A DNA stretch of 64,000 bases from Leucoraja ocellata (lineage: Eukaryota): positions 2,418,001 to 2,482,000 of the forward strand of contig JAWMAR010000160.1 of assembly GCA_036785375.1 (NCBI GenBank), written 5' to 3'. Positions 12,461 to 24,200 of the stretch are shown here, piece by piece. Every line of letters starts with the position of its first letter. The first letter of the stretch is position 1. The position numbers were made by a program, and so were the translations under genes. The notes beneath the pieces were generated by a model, which was given only the letters and a program-made list of their open reading frames with translations, did not search any database and was not told the DNA's origin.

Positions 12461-13634
12461 GTTGTAAATACTTAAATTTGTATTTATTTACTTTTGTCAC
12501 ATACATTTCGTAAGAATGAATCCTTATTCTAGATCCCAGACATTTTAGTAGTAATTTGCGAATTCTTTAAGGGTGAACTTCCATTATCCAAATTGCCGTA
12601 ACCAAGGGGTTCCCTGTAGTCTTCCATGTCTGTATCTGTGAGCTGATTATGTCGACATATCTCACTGCTTTTATTTCTCCCACGTGATGACAAGACTAGT
12701 GATAACATAATTATAGTTCTGAGGTTTTAGCTCTGTTACCCTATGATAAACTTTGTGGACTCTTTTTAATCCATATTGAGGGATTTTTCAGAACGTTTGA
12801 AGCAGATAATTACTTAGCCATACTCCTCCAGTCAAAAGCTGATAGAAGGAATTTTATGAAAGTGTAACGTAAGACCATCAGCAAATACATAAAAGGTCAC
12901 GGAATCCGTCAACAGTATTTCCTGCAGGTGATTAGTGACATTTGGCATGGATACTCGTACACTGTGAATGCAAGCCTGCACTGAGTTTATTCATGTGTTT
13001 AACTTCCCTCCTCAGTGGTGACTGAGAATAAATTAGGTGGAAATTACAAAACAAACAAACATCACAAAATTGGGACATCCATACTTGAAGAGATTGCAAT
13101 TGTGTTTTCTCCCCTTAAAGGTGTACACCCCACACCCTGAGTGTTGCTAAAGGGAAGGGAGTGTGGAAATAGTGGGACAAAAATATAGATGGGGAATAGA
13201 GACGGAGGAGGGAATTAGGAGAAGGATGTGATGGGGTATCCCTGACATGGTGTGCCCCAAGTGGACTCTTTGACAAGTTGGGCTGCAGCTAAAGCAGTAG
13301 TCAAACCACAGCAATCTTTAGCAGTGTTTCCCATGCCTAAGGGCAACACTCAGTGGGAATCAATACTGATGTTATAACTTCTGTAATATTAATGCACTTA
13401 CCTGTTATTTTCAATAAATCTTTTTCTTAATTTGCATGCAATCCATCTTAAATATTCATCCATGTTTTAAATGTATGGGAGACCATCAGTTCTGCAAAAG
13501 GGTCCGTGATTATGTTTCCTTTCCACAAATGTGGTCTGACGTGTGTGTTTCCAACAAGTACTGCTTTATAGTTTGGAATTCCAGCAAGCCTGTTTTTTTT
13601 AATTTTTCTGAAATCAATAACATTTCGTGCCAAG

Positions 13635-13768
13635 ACTGAAGAAGGGTCTCGACCCGAAAAACGTCGCCCATTCCTTCTCTCCAGAGATGCTGCCTGTCCC
13701 GCTGAGTTACTCCAGCATTTTGTGTCTACCTTCGATTTAAACCAGCATCTGCAGTTCTTTCCTACACA
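13635..13768 (+). mobile_element. Penelope-like terminal fragment with hammerhead-like core
   Basis: ctgaagaagggtctcgacccgaaaaacgtc...gctgagttactccagcattttgtgtctaccttcgatttaaaccagcatctgcagttc. Confidence 0.85.
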
Positions 13769-15146
13769 TATAATCAGATACACATGCATACTGTGTGGTG
13801 GGGTAGACTTGATGGGCTGAATGGACTAATTCTGCCCATATCACTTATGAACTAGTAAGCAAAGAACAGAGGTGAACGATATGCGAGAAAACAAATCCAG
13901 AATTCAACACAACAAAATGTTAACAAAACTTACCAATTTCAAGATTACATTGAACTAATGATTCCTTGAAGCACTAGAGTCATAATTTGCAACACCAGCA
14001 ATGACATAAATGAAAATAAATATATTGACACTCCTCCTACGGGTTGGGTGAGTCTCTCACTCATAGAAACCTGCATGCAGAACTGCTGATCTGCAGCTTC
14101 ACTGGGAAAAGCATAGTTGAATCCAGGTGTTCATGTGCATGAGCAAAGGGATTGCAGCATGTTCTATCCACACATGTCTTTCAACTGAGAAAGAGTTGCA
14201 AGCTGCAAGTCATGTGATGCAGCAAACATCGTATTTCCATATCCCTTAATTTGCAATCTGATGAGAGATCCAAGGGAAGAAATTAGTTTGGGAGGTGAGC
14301 GAGACCAAATTAGTGCTGCGTCTAGGATCTAAATATACAATTTAGGCCACTGTCAGCTTTCCAAAATAGCTTGTAAAGGTTAGTTGAATGCAGTTAAAGA
14401 AGAGTGAGGAAAATTGGGATTATGAGAAGGAAGAGCCATAGGATTATAAACAGGAAAAGGAGGAATATTCAGACAAGATAACATCTTATCAGTAACCTTA
14501 TCTGCCACTTAGTCCCACCACTGAACTTGATTGTAGGCTAACTGAGTGCCTTAAATAGTCATGACCTTATTAACTTCGACAGCCTGGTGCTAAAAACATC
14601 ATGATTTGATAATAATTTAACCTTAACGGAGGCCCAATGTTTACCAAATCTTAACGACTTGTTAAGTTCCAACTACAAAATGTAAAACACAAAATTATAA
14701 ATATAGCATAGGACGACTTTGTACCTCTTCCAGTTCTTAAAAGAGCTGTAAAGTTTGTCTCCGAGATTTCCAAATGTCCTCCATATTTGTGTCCTCTGGC
14801 TATTGCCTGACCCGCTGAGTTACTCCAACACTTTGTGCTTTGTAAATTTTGTCTTGCTCATCTCCTGGATCACTTTAATTTTTTCACTTCAAGTATTTAT
14901 CTAAATTATTTCTCAAAGCTTCTATTGAATTGGCTCATACATTCTGGAACATGACATCTCGTGGTGTAAAATAATATCTCATTATCGCTCCTCCCATTCT
15001 TCAGTCAATCCTCCGAAATTGTGTGCTGGAGTGAACTAAGTGGCAGATAAGGTTACTGATAAGATGTTATCTTGTCTAAATATTCCTCCTTTTCCTGTTT
15101 ATAATCCTCTGGCTCTTCCTTCTCATAATCCCAATTTTCTGGTTAC

Positions 15147-15430
15147 CGGAACTCAGCGGGTGAGGCAGCATCTATGGAGCAAAGGAATAGGTGACGTTTC
15201 GGGTCGAGACCCTTCTTCAGACTGATGTGGGGATGGGGGTGGTGGGGGGGACGGGAAGAAGAAAAGAAGAGGCGGAGACAGTGGGCTGTGGGAGAGCTGG
15301 GAGGGGGGTGTGCTTTAAGTTGCAGAAAACATGCCTGTCTCCTCTCAATCTTGGCCCACTGCTGCCTGACCTGCCGAGCATTTCAACATTCTGATTGTTT
15401 TGGATTTGCATCATCTGCAGTTTGCGTTCC
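15147..15430. mobile_element. Penelope-like termini, inverted arrangement
   Basis: Consensus core on the - strand at 15191-15220 (ctgaagaagggtctcgacccgaaacgtcac); older opposite-orientation copy at 15355-15430. Confidence 0.8.
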
Positions 15431-17854
15431 AATCAGATTTTTCTGCCTCTATACATAACTGAAACACTTCATCCCTGAACAAATACAGCTGAGAAAGACA
15501 GAATTGACATCAAATGGTGCACTGCAAGGATCAATACTGGGACCTTTGGTGCTTGTGATGATTTGAATGACAATGTGAACAATTTGATAAGTGAGTTTGC
15601 AGTGATAGTTTGCAGTGCCAAGGTCATAAGGTCATAAGTGATAGTAGAAGTAGACCTTATTGTGCCTGATGCGTTCAAAGAGTATGACAAGTTCAACGAG
15701 TGCCCATTAAGATAGGCTATTGGACTTGAGGCATTAGGTAAATCTTTCTAACAGTTGTAACTAGATTCCATGGGTCTGGACTTCTGCTGTGCACCAACTC
15801 TGTGTCACTTCCTGAAATTTGAGTTCTACTCTTGTGATCCAGTGTTTCCTTATTGCTTTACACACTGTTGAAATAAATAATTTAACCAGTAAACAGTGTC
15901 TCCTCTGAATGACCTCATGAATATCAATAGACACGACAACTAAGGTCATGTTTCATTCTAAGTTAACACTTGTTCTGGCCTTCCTCATAGATAAATAATT
16001 GTGTTGGTGGTTCCCACAGCCCCTAATCAATTTGCAGAACATGAGTTGAAGAAAATTAGCAGACATCTATTTCCTTCAAATGGAATATGTCTGCCATATT
16101 ATCTACCCATCAGGGTAAGATCAGAATTGTAAAATGGTGAGATTATGGTCACAGACATAAACCAATTTCTAAACCACTGTAACAGATGCCTACTTCCCTT
16201 GTTTGTGAAATAATTGGTGACAATAAACAGTCCAAAGGGAAGAGAGAAAATGACAAAAGAAATTCAGAAATGTCTGCATCTCTCATAAGAACAATTAGCA
16301 ACAATTTTGAACAAAAACATTACTTTCCCTTGAAATCAATTTGTAGAGTTTGTACCATTCAACATTATTAATTTTTGTAAAGCATGATTCAGACTATTGT
16401 GCCAGTGAACAATGTGGCTGCAACTTGAGCAAAGTCTAATTCACAACGTTTTGAAATAGTTTCCTTTGCTCGCTTACAATTGTAGTTTCATTTTTCTATT
16501 CCTGGAAAGGTAGAGTTCCTACATACACGACAAAAGAACAGGCAAACTTTATGAAAGGATTGCTACCTGTGAAAGCTTGCCCACGCAAAGAGACTTTGTT
16601 AAATGAAAATCAATCCGAGAGCAGGTATAGTCAAGCATAGTGCGGAAGAATGGATGAGCTACTGTATTTACAGGCAATGCATTTGGTGAATTTTTACTTA
16701 TCATTCTCTCTATTCATTGGGGATATGGGGTTTAACATAATCCAACACATCCAGTCCCTTGGCCCCACACTTACTTCCTGGTTGACCTTTAAATGGAAAC
16801 TAATTAAGAAATCATAAATCAAATAATCAATTAGTTGAAACTGCATTTAGAGCTCTGGCAGAAATGTTAGATGCACAATTAGCAGAAATAGCAGGATTTT
16901 TGAAGGTCCATAATGATATTTAAATCAAGAGCAAGGTCAAACAAATGCTTCAGGCTTTGTAATAATAAATTGTGGTAATTTAGACAATGAGAGGCCAAGA
17001 CTGTCAGTGAGGAATCAAAATAAAATTATTCATTAAACTCCCAGAATATCTGTAGAAGGCTGACAGACAATTTGATCCACCAACCCATTCATATGACACA
17101 AGGGACAACAACTTTCCTGACTTGATTTACTCTAGCCAATTTTGACGATGCAAATTTTAAACCAAAAACTAGATTGAAATTAGAGTTGAATTCTCTCTAG
17201 GGCGAGGAAGATAGGTTGAAACAAGCTACTTCAGTTTCATCTCAGATGTTGCAAGCTTTTGAAATAATTTAATGGAATTGAAACAAACACTTGAATGTTA
17301 GCAGGGCCAGAGTTTGAATTTAAATAGTGTAGAGTTAATGGAAGCTCAGTTCCAACTCCAAGTATCACAACATCATCCTATGCATTAATCTTCACCATTT
17401 GGGTCAATTAAAAGGGTTTCTGGATTATCACATCTGCCTGTCTGCTTGCCTGGGAATATAACACTCAGTGTAATATGCAGTATGCTGTTGTGCTGTGCAT
17501 TTCACATGTGATTCTATTCTTAACTGAATGGTTAGAGTAAGAAAAATCACCAGCAATGGCCTCCTCGACCTCCTCTCTAATTCTTTGTCAGTACCTATGC
17601 CAAAAATCAATATGGCACATTTATTTTCTGTCTGCACACAACATGCACAATAGCAAATAAATAGAGGAAACCAACTCATATAGGGACTGATAGTACATGA
17701 ATTGTTAATCTGAATCCTATGGTCAGAGCGGTCACCTCTACTGAGTTTTCAAGTACAACAAATTAATCCATTCAAACCAATACTAAGCCATGATTTTGAA
17801 TGTTCCACCTTAAATAGGTTCACATATAACTAATCCATTACGTTAAAATCTACT

Positions 17855-18080
17855 GTGTAGGAAGAAACTGCAGATTGTTGGTTTGCACCGAAGATAGACA
17901 CCAAATGTTGGAGTAACTCGGGGAGTCAGGCAGCATCTCTGGAGAAAAGGAATATGTGATGTTTCATTTCCCTCTCCCCCAGCGCTCAATCTGAAGAAGG
18001 GTCTCGACCTAAAACGCCACCTATTCCTTTTCTTCAGTGATGCAGCCTGCTCCACTGAGTTACTCCAACATTTTGTGTCC
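17855..18080. mobile_element. Penelope-like termini as an inverted pair
   Basis: gacaccaaatgttggagtaactc... mirrored by ...gagttactccaacattttgtgtc; core at 17991. Confidence 0.85.
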
Positions 18081-18585
18081 CTGTTCACTTTAAAATCTAC
18101 TATCGGTTCAGGACAGATGCAATGGTGGGAAGAGACATGAAAGTCAAAACTTCAATTGTACATCATCAAAATTTACCTCAACTAAATGTGAACTCCCTAT
18201 GCATGCAAAACCTCATTTTACCTTTAAGATAAACTTTTAAATCTTTGATTTGGCATTTCAGAATCTGCCCTTATATTACTTTTGAATTTTAATTGCTAAT
18301 CCGCCACTGGAGTGCCTGGGGACATTAAAAAATATATATTTCTGTCATGTTCTGTGTCATGAAGTGCATCACGCCACGCCCCCCAGCTCATCCTACGTCA
18401 TGGAACCTTTGCTTAATTTTACCAGTTAGATAATATTCTAATGTTGGCAATATTTAATAGCTGGCTCTTTGGGAGTTACAAAAGATGAAGAACATATATG
18501 TATTCTTCTGCTACTGTACCAGGATTGGACATAGTTTACTTAAGGGTTCATATTTTTTTAAATCCTAATACAAATGCAGAATATC

Positions 18586-18680
18586 GACTGAAGAAGGATC
18601 TCGACCCGAAACATCACCCATTCCTTCTCTCCAGAGATGCTGCCTGTCCCGCTGAGTTACTCTATCTTTTTGTGTCTATC
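18586..18680 (+). mobile_element. Penelope-like terminal fragment
   Basis: ctgaagaaggatctcgacccgaaacatcacccattccttctctccagagatgctgcctgtcccgctgagttact. Confidence 0.85.
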
Positions 18681-19312
18681 TGCAGAATATCTCATATTGT
18701 CAGAGCATTTTAAATTCTATTACTGTGCCAATGATGGTTTCAAATGCTTGATACTTGGTGGAAACGTAGCAGAACAAAGAAGTGAGAGTTGCTGTGTAAT
18801 AATGATTGTATTCAGATTTTTATAAGGCTAACAGTGCTCAGTATATCTTCAATAATAGTTCAAGGCTCTTTAAATCCTCTTAGCTGCATCTTCAATCTAT
18901 TCCCACTACTTCCTCACAAATGACCGACCACTGTTCTGATTTAACTGTCCTGTTTAAACCTAACAATGTAATCAGTGCTATTGCAAACAATTTATCTGTA
19001 CTGCACTGCATACACACTATGTACTGCATCACAACTAAACTAACAAATGTTCTCTCTGGGTGAGGAGAGCTGAGCATGAAGTTTAAAATTTGGAGACAAG
19101 AGACTGTAGATGTATTAATCTTGAGAAAGAAACTAAGGAACTCAGCAGACTAGGCAGCAACTATGGAGGGAAAGGAACTCAACATACGTTCCTCCAGAAG
19201 CTCTCCTTTCTTTGCCCTAGCTTTTCTGCACCACACAGCAGCATAGTTTTAGCTTCTTCATGTTTATTATGGAGAATTAATTTAGAATAATTTAGAGGCC
19301 ACATGGAGAGTA

Positions 19313-19438
19313 TTGTTTAAGAAAGAACTGCAGATGCTGGAAAAATCGAAGGTAGACAAAAAATGCTGGAGAAACTCAGCGGGTGAGGCAGCATCTATGG
19401 AGAGAAAGAATAGGCGACGTTTTGGGTCGAGACCCTTC
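19313..19438 (-). mobile_element. Penelope-like terminal fragment
   Basis: tgtttaagaaagaactgcagatgctggaaaaatcgaaggtagac...gacgttttgggtcgagacccttct. Confidence 0.85.
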
Positions 19439-19484
19439 TATTGTGTTCAGTTTATGGCAAAATGGTATGGAAAAAATGTTGTCA

Positions 19485-19945
19485 TGGATGAAACGGTGCC
19501 GAGAAGATTTACGAGGATGTTGCCAGGACTCGAGGGCCTGAGCTATAGGGAGAGGTTGAGCAGGCTTGGACTTTATTTCTTGGAGTGCAGGAGGATGAAG
19601 GGTGATCTTATAGAGGTGTACAAAATCATGAGAGGAATAATTGAGTAGACACAGTCTTTTGCCCAAAGTGGGGGAATCGAAAACCAGAGGACATAGGTTT
19701 AAAGTGAGGCAGGAAAGATTTAATAGGAATCTGAGGGGTAACTATTTTACACAAGGGTGGGTGTATGGAATGAGGTGCCAGAGGTAGCTGAGCAGGTATT
19801 ATCACAACGTTTAAGAAACATTCAGACAGGTACATGGTAGGATAGGTTGAGAGGGATAAGGGCCAAACGCAGGCAATTGGGATGAGTGTAATTGGGGCAT
19901 GTTGATCGGAGTGGGCAATTGGGGCAAGGGATCTGTTTCCACGTG
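19485..19945 (+). mobile_element. CR1 LINE 3' end (HER1-like)
   Basis: RRFTRMLPGLEGLSYRERLSRLGLY.LECRRMKGDLIEVYKIMRG followed by the CR1 3'UTR. Confidence 0.9.
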
Positions 19946-20035
19946 GAAAAGTTAGAAAAAATGTTTTCTTGTAAGTTCAGGGAACTTTGATTACCACCAA
20001 AGATTTACCACCATTATTACACCACCAAAAGAGGT

Positions 20036-20880
20036 CGGTGGGGGGCGCTGCAAGCTGACAGCCCTGCCAGCAGCGCGTTAGTTTTTTCAACTTTTAAATT
20101 TTTTTTTAGTGTGTTTAAATGTATTTTTTAAATGTTTCTTTATGTGTCTTATGTCGGGGGTGGTGTGGGGCGGGGGGGGGGGGATAAGGGGGAAACCGCT
20201 TTGGTCGCCTCCTCCACGGAGAGGCAACTTTTTCCATGTCGCCTCCCCCGTGGCCTAACATCGAGGATCAGTGCGACCTTTCCCGGAGACGCGCCCGGGG
20301 CTTCAGCAGTGGAACGTCGCGGAACGGGCTAGCCTGAAGCCGGGGTCTGCAGAGCTCCAACCGGCAAGGCGTCTTGGGCCTGGGATCCCTCGTTGGGGAC
20401 CCGAGAGGGGAAGAGCTCCGTCCTCCGGCCCGCAGCCAACTTTTACGGCGGGCGCGGCGTGGACTTGCCTTCAGGAGCAGGGTCCCTCGCCGAGAACCCC
20501 TGGAGGGGAGCTCTGACCGCCGTCCCTGTGGTGCTTTTGGCTGCAGCGCGGCAGGGACTTTAGATCTTCGACCGCCGGCCTGCGGCCTACACCAACCTGA
20601 AGCCACAGTCTCCGGTGGGGAGGCACCATTTCAGAACTTACCTGGACTTACCTTGTCTACTCATCTGGATGCCCGCAGTGGCGGCTGCGGAGGGTTGAGG
20701 TCCCGACACGGGGGAAAATGGAGGAGGAATGGCCAAATTTTGTGCCTTCCACCACAGTGATGAATGCTGTGGTGGATGTTTATGTTAAATTCTTATTGTG
20801 TTTTTGTGTGTTCTTTTTCATTGTACTACTGCTGGCAAATTCATTTCACTTGCACTTTATGTGCAAGTGACGAATAAAAC

Positions 20881-20910
<30 letters not shown>
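20036..20910 (+). mobile_element. Apparently full-length GC-rich non-autonomous retroelement with Rex/Babar-type tail
   Basis: No recognisable coding remnant; 3' 10-bp stem-loop at 20846-20870, AATAAA, (TGAT)n; homologous segments at 1-485, 49830-50150 and 53970-54146. Confidence 0.8.
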
Positions 20911-20911
<1 letters not shown>

Positions 20912-21169
20912 CTATATGTTTTGCAAACATGACATTGTGGCATTTTTGATCATGGTTCATAAATTTAAGGGCAGTTACTGCCTCCCAATGTTATTTTTTG
21001 CTGAATACGTAACCCATCAGAATCCGACTGGGAAAAACTCCCCAGCTCTGGTTTTATAACCATTATGAAACCTTGGCAAGAATTCACATGCACAAAGTGG
21101 TTACAAAACAACTGGAGGCTGTTCTTGCATGTTCAATGAATAAGCTGCAACGTGATTTGTACAACTCCC

Positions 21170-21281
21170 TCTTGTTATAAAAGCTATATTGTATACAACG
21201 CCCCTTGCAGTTTGGTAGGCACTACATAAAGAGTCAGCAACAATACACTGAAGCGTCGAGAGAGAACCCTAGGCAACAACA
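21170..21281 (+). promoter_or_regulatory. Putative core promoter and 5'UTR of the SOUL gene
   Basis: TATA-like TTATAAAA (~21175) and TACATAAA (~21223) just upstream of the exon 1 donor. Confidence 0.4.
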
Positions 21282-21283
21282 AT
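21282..21283 (+). CDS. soul5: SOUL gene exon 1 coding part (AT of split start codon)
   Basis: caacaacaAT|gtgagt is a strong donor; AT plus the first G of exon 2 gives an in-frame ATG. Confidence 0.7.
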
Positions 21284-24200
21284 GTGAGTCCTAAAATATA
21301 TTTTCTTGATATAATAACAGTAATTGTATTTTTAAAACAGTAACCCGCTGCATGTGAGTATGTTTATATATTAGTGACATGTAAAATGGGATGAATGTTG
21401 CAAAATTCTTGTTTTAATTAGAATTAAAGCATCTGCTTTGGGTTAAATATAGCTCCATCATCAAATATGTATTCAAACTGTTAAAATGCAAAGTTGATAT
21501 TTTGCACTAACCTTCAGCTGCAACCGCTTTGTTGAGTTACTTTTACTGTTATGATTATTCAGGTTAAATTATTATACGTCCATTATGTACTCTCTAATGT
21601 GTGGGTTGTTCCTCACTCTTAAGGTTTTTAAAGCGCTTGAGTGTATAATAACTTCCCTCGTAAGAACAGAAGTCGGCTTTTAAGTCCCTCAAGCCTCCTC
21701 TACCATTCAACAAGGTCTTAGTTGATCTTCTGCCCCAACTCAAATTTCCTACCCTTTCCTCATTCCAATGGTCCAGTGGCAACTTATTGTCATGCGCACC
21801 TAAGTACAGTGATTTTTTTTGCACACAATTCAATGACAATCCTACTATATATTAGGCACAATCATATTAAGTGAAAGAGTGTAAGACACTGAGTTAGTAC
21901 ACAAAGGCAAAAGGTGTCAATAGACCAGAATCTCCTTCCTGGTTTCAATGAGACCAATACATTATTGTTCTGGAAATGAGGATATAGTATTAACCTCTTG
22001 CACTGGGAGTGGGGATAAATATGGGACATTTCAGAAGAACACAAGAAAATAAGAGCAAGATTAGGAGTACTGATGGTATCTTGCAAGCCGGCTTTGCCAC
22101 TCAAAATGATCATGGCTGATGTATGCTGGTCTCAACTTATTTTCCATCTCAGTTCTCCACAGGTCTCAATTCTTTATCTTTGTAATATTTTTCTATTCCA
22201 CCTTAAATATTTATAATTATAGAGATTTGCGATCTGAAAAAGGATATTTCTATACAGCTAAGTTTTAGATGACCAGCCTCCTATATTGGAACTATGCCCC
22301 CTTGTTCATAACTATTCCACCAGTGAACAGCTCTCAACATCAACACCGTCAATCCAACATACATTTAAATAAGACCATCCTTCACTCTTCCAAATTCACA
22401 TGAATAAAGACAATAATTGTTGATCCTCTCTTGATGCAGTGGTAGCTGCACTGTGTGTCTACCCTCTGATCTGCTCTTTTAGCCACAATATTTATGTAAT
22501 TGCTCCTGTTGGTTTCTGGACAACAGCATGTTCAGAGATGCCTCAGAAAGTTCTTCCCCATTACCATCTCCATGGTGGGCAAGCAATGGTTGACCCATCT
22601 ATGTAGGGCAGAAAGTAGACTGGGAATGGTGCAGGGATCAGTAAGTCTTGTGCATTGTGGAGTGCCCTCTCACAGAGTTTTGAACCATCAAGATGATGGC
22701 ATGGCTGTAACCACCAAACTTACAGCCCATTTTAATTTTTCACCAAAACATTGTTTCAAGGAATATGATCAGCTACTGAGCAATTCCACAAAAAACATCA
22801 AAGAATTATTAACAGAATGTTAAGACATTTATTCTATTTTCTCAAGGTACTGCATTATCAAGAGAAAGAAGATGTTGTGCACCAACTAATGTGCCTAAAC
22901 AGAAAGCACAGTAGAGTTATGCTACAGTAACAAATGTGAAAAAGTTACCAATCTGAACCAATGCAGTTTTGGTTGAAAGTATTGAGAGCAAAGATTTGCA
23001 AATACAATGTTTGAGGATCTTCAATTTTCATTTGTACCATTGAAGGGGTTAAAAAAATGCTGGCAGAATTTATTCCCATGTGAATTGGCAAAAATAGGTG
23101 GCACAAAAGAGCCATCCATCCCAGCTGAATTAAATCTGCCAACAACACAGTAATGGTTCTGGCAAAAGATAAAGATCTTCCAAAAGTAACACAACAGTAA
23201 AAGATTTGTGTCTGTGTATAGCCTTTCATAACATCTAGGCATACAGCCAACCAAACAGTTTTGAAATTTAACCCCTGTAATGGAATACATAAATCAATTT
23301 CCACAACGCAAGTTCCAGCAGCAGTATAAAAAGAGGCAGAAATGTACCTTATCGTTCAATAAGATAACAAGTCTCAATGGCAGTTTACGGCCTAAACCCC
23401 ATAACCCTTGATTCTCCTGTAGTTTAAGGGGTTTGGGTTTGAAAAAGCTTACTGACTTAATTGCAAGGCTCCACAACTTCAGAGTAAAAAGTGCTCATCC
23501 AACTCCTAAGATGCTAACCCTTTATACTATTACTTTGTTACCTGGTTTTATTAGATGCAATAGGCAATAATTATTGATTTTTGCCAGCCATATCTGCATC
23601 CAAAAAAGATTGTTGACTTCTTTCACTGCCATCTAGTGATGAGGTAATATCACTGAATAAATATGATTTAAAACTTCATTTGTGTCTCTCGGTCACTTGA
23701 ATGATTCCAACGTGTATAAACAGAAAAGATAAAATCATTTAAAATACTTTCAATCATGTTTTTTTATCTTCATTTAATAATAAAGTATATTTTCAAATTG
23801 GAGAATGAAAATGCAAACTTTGTCCATGTTTCACATGTTTCCGTTTGCTTCTTTTTATCCTTAGGTATTGGATGAGACTGATTCTATTTCTGTTATTTGG
23901 TCCGATGGAAATTTCGAACAGGTCAGAAAATAGATAGATTAGATAAAGACAAAAAAGGAAGAGTGCACTTCAATTTCAATTTGATAATATAGTCTGGAAT
24001 AGTAAAATACTTCACTGGAGCAGGACCACATGTGTCTACATCTGACTTTATGCTTTGTGCTGAATTATAAGAAAGCATATGATTATTTTCAGCTGATTTC
24101 TGACGTAAAATTCACATGATGACATTGTATGAGGATAGTGATTATTGCCCTCACAGTTCAATAGGTTGTCAACAGTGACTTCATAGATTCATACTTTAAA

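Noticed and set aside
22945-23304. Two overlapping - strand ORFs (119 and 89 aa) with plausible splice sites and a GSDW end reminiscent of WSXWS
   Set aside because: Inside SOUL intron 1 antisense, no recognisable domain and no partner exons; likely chance
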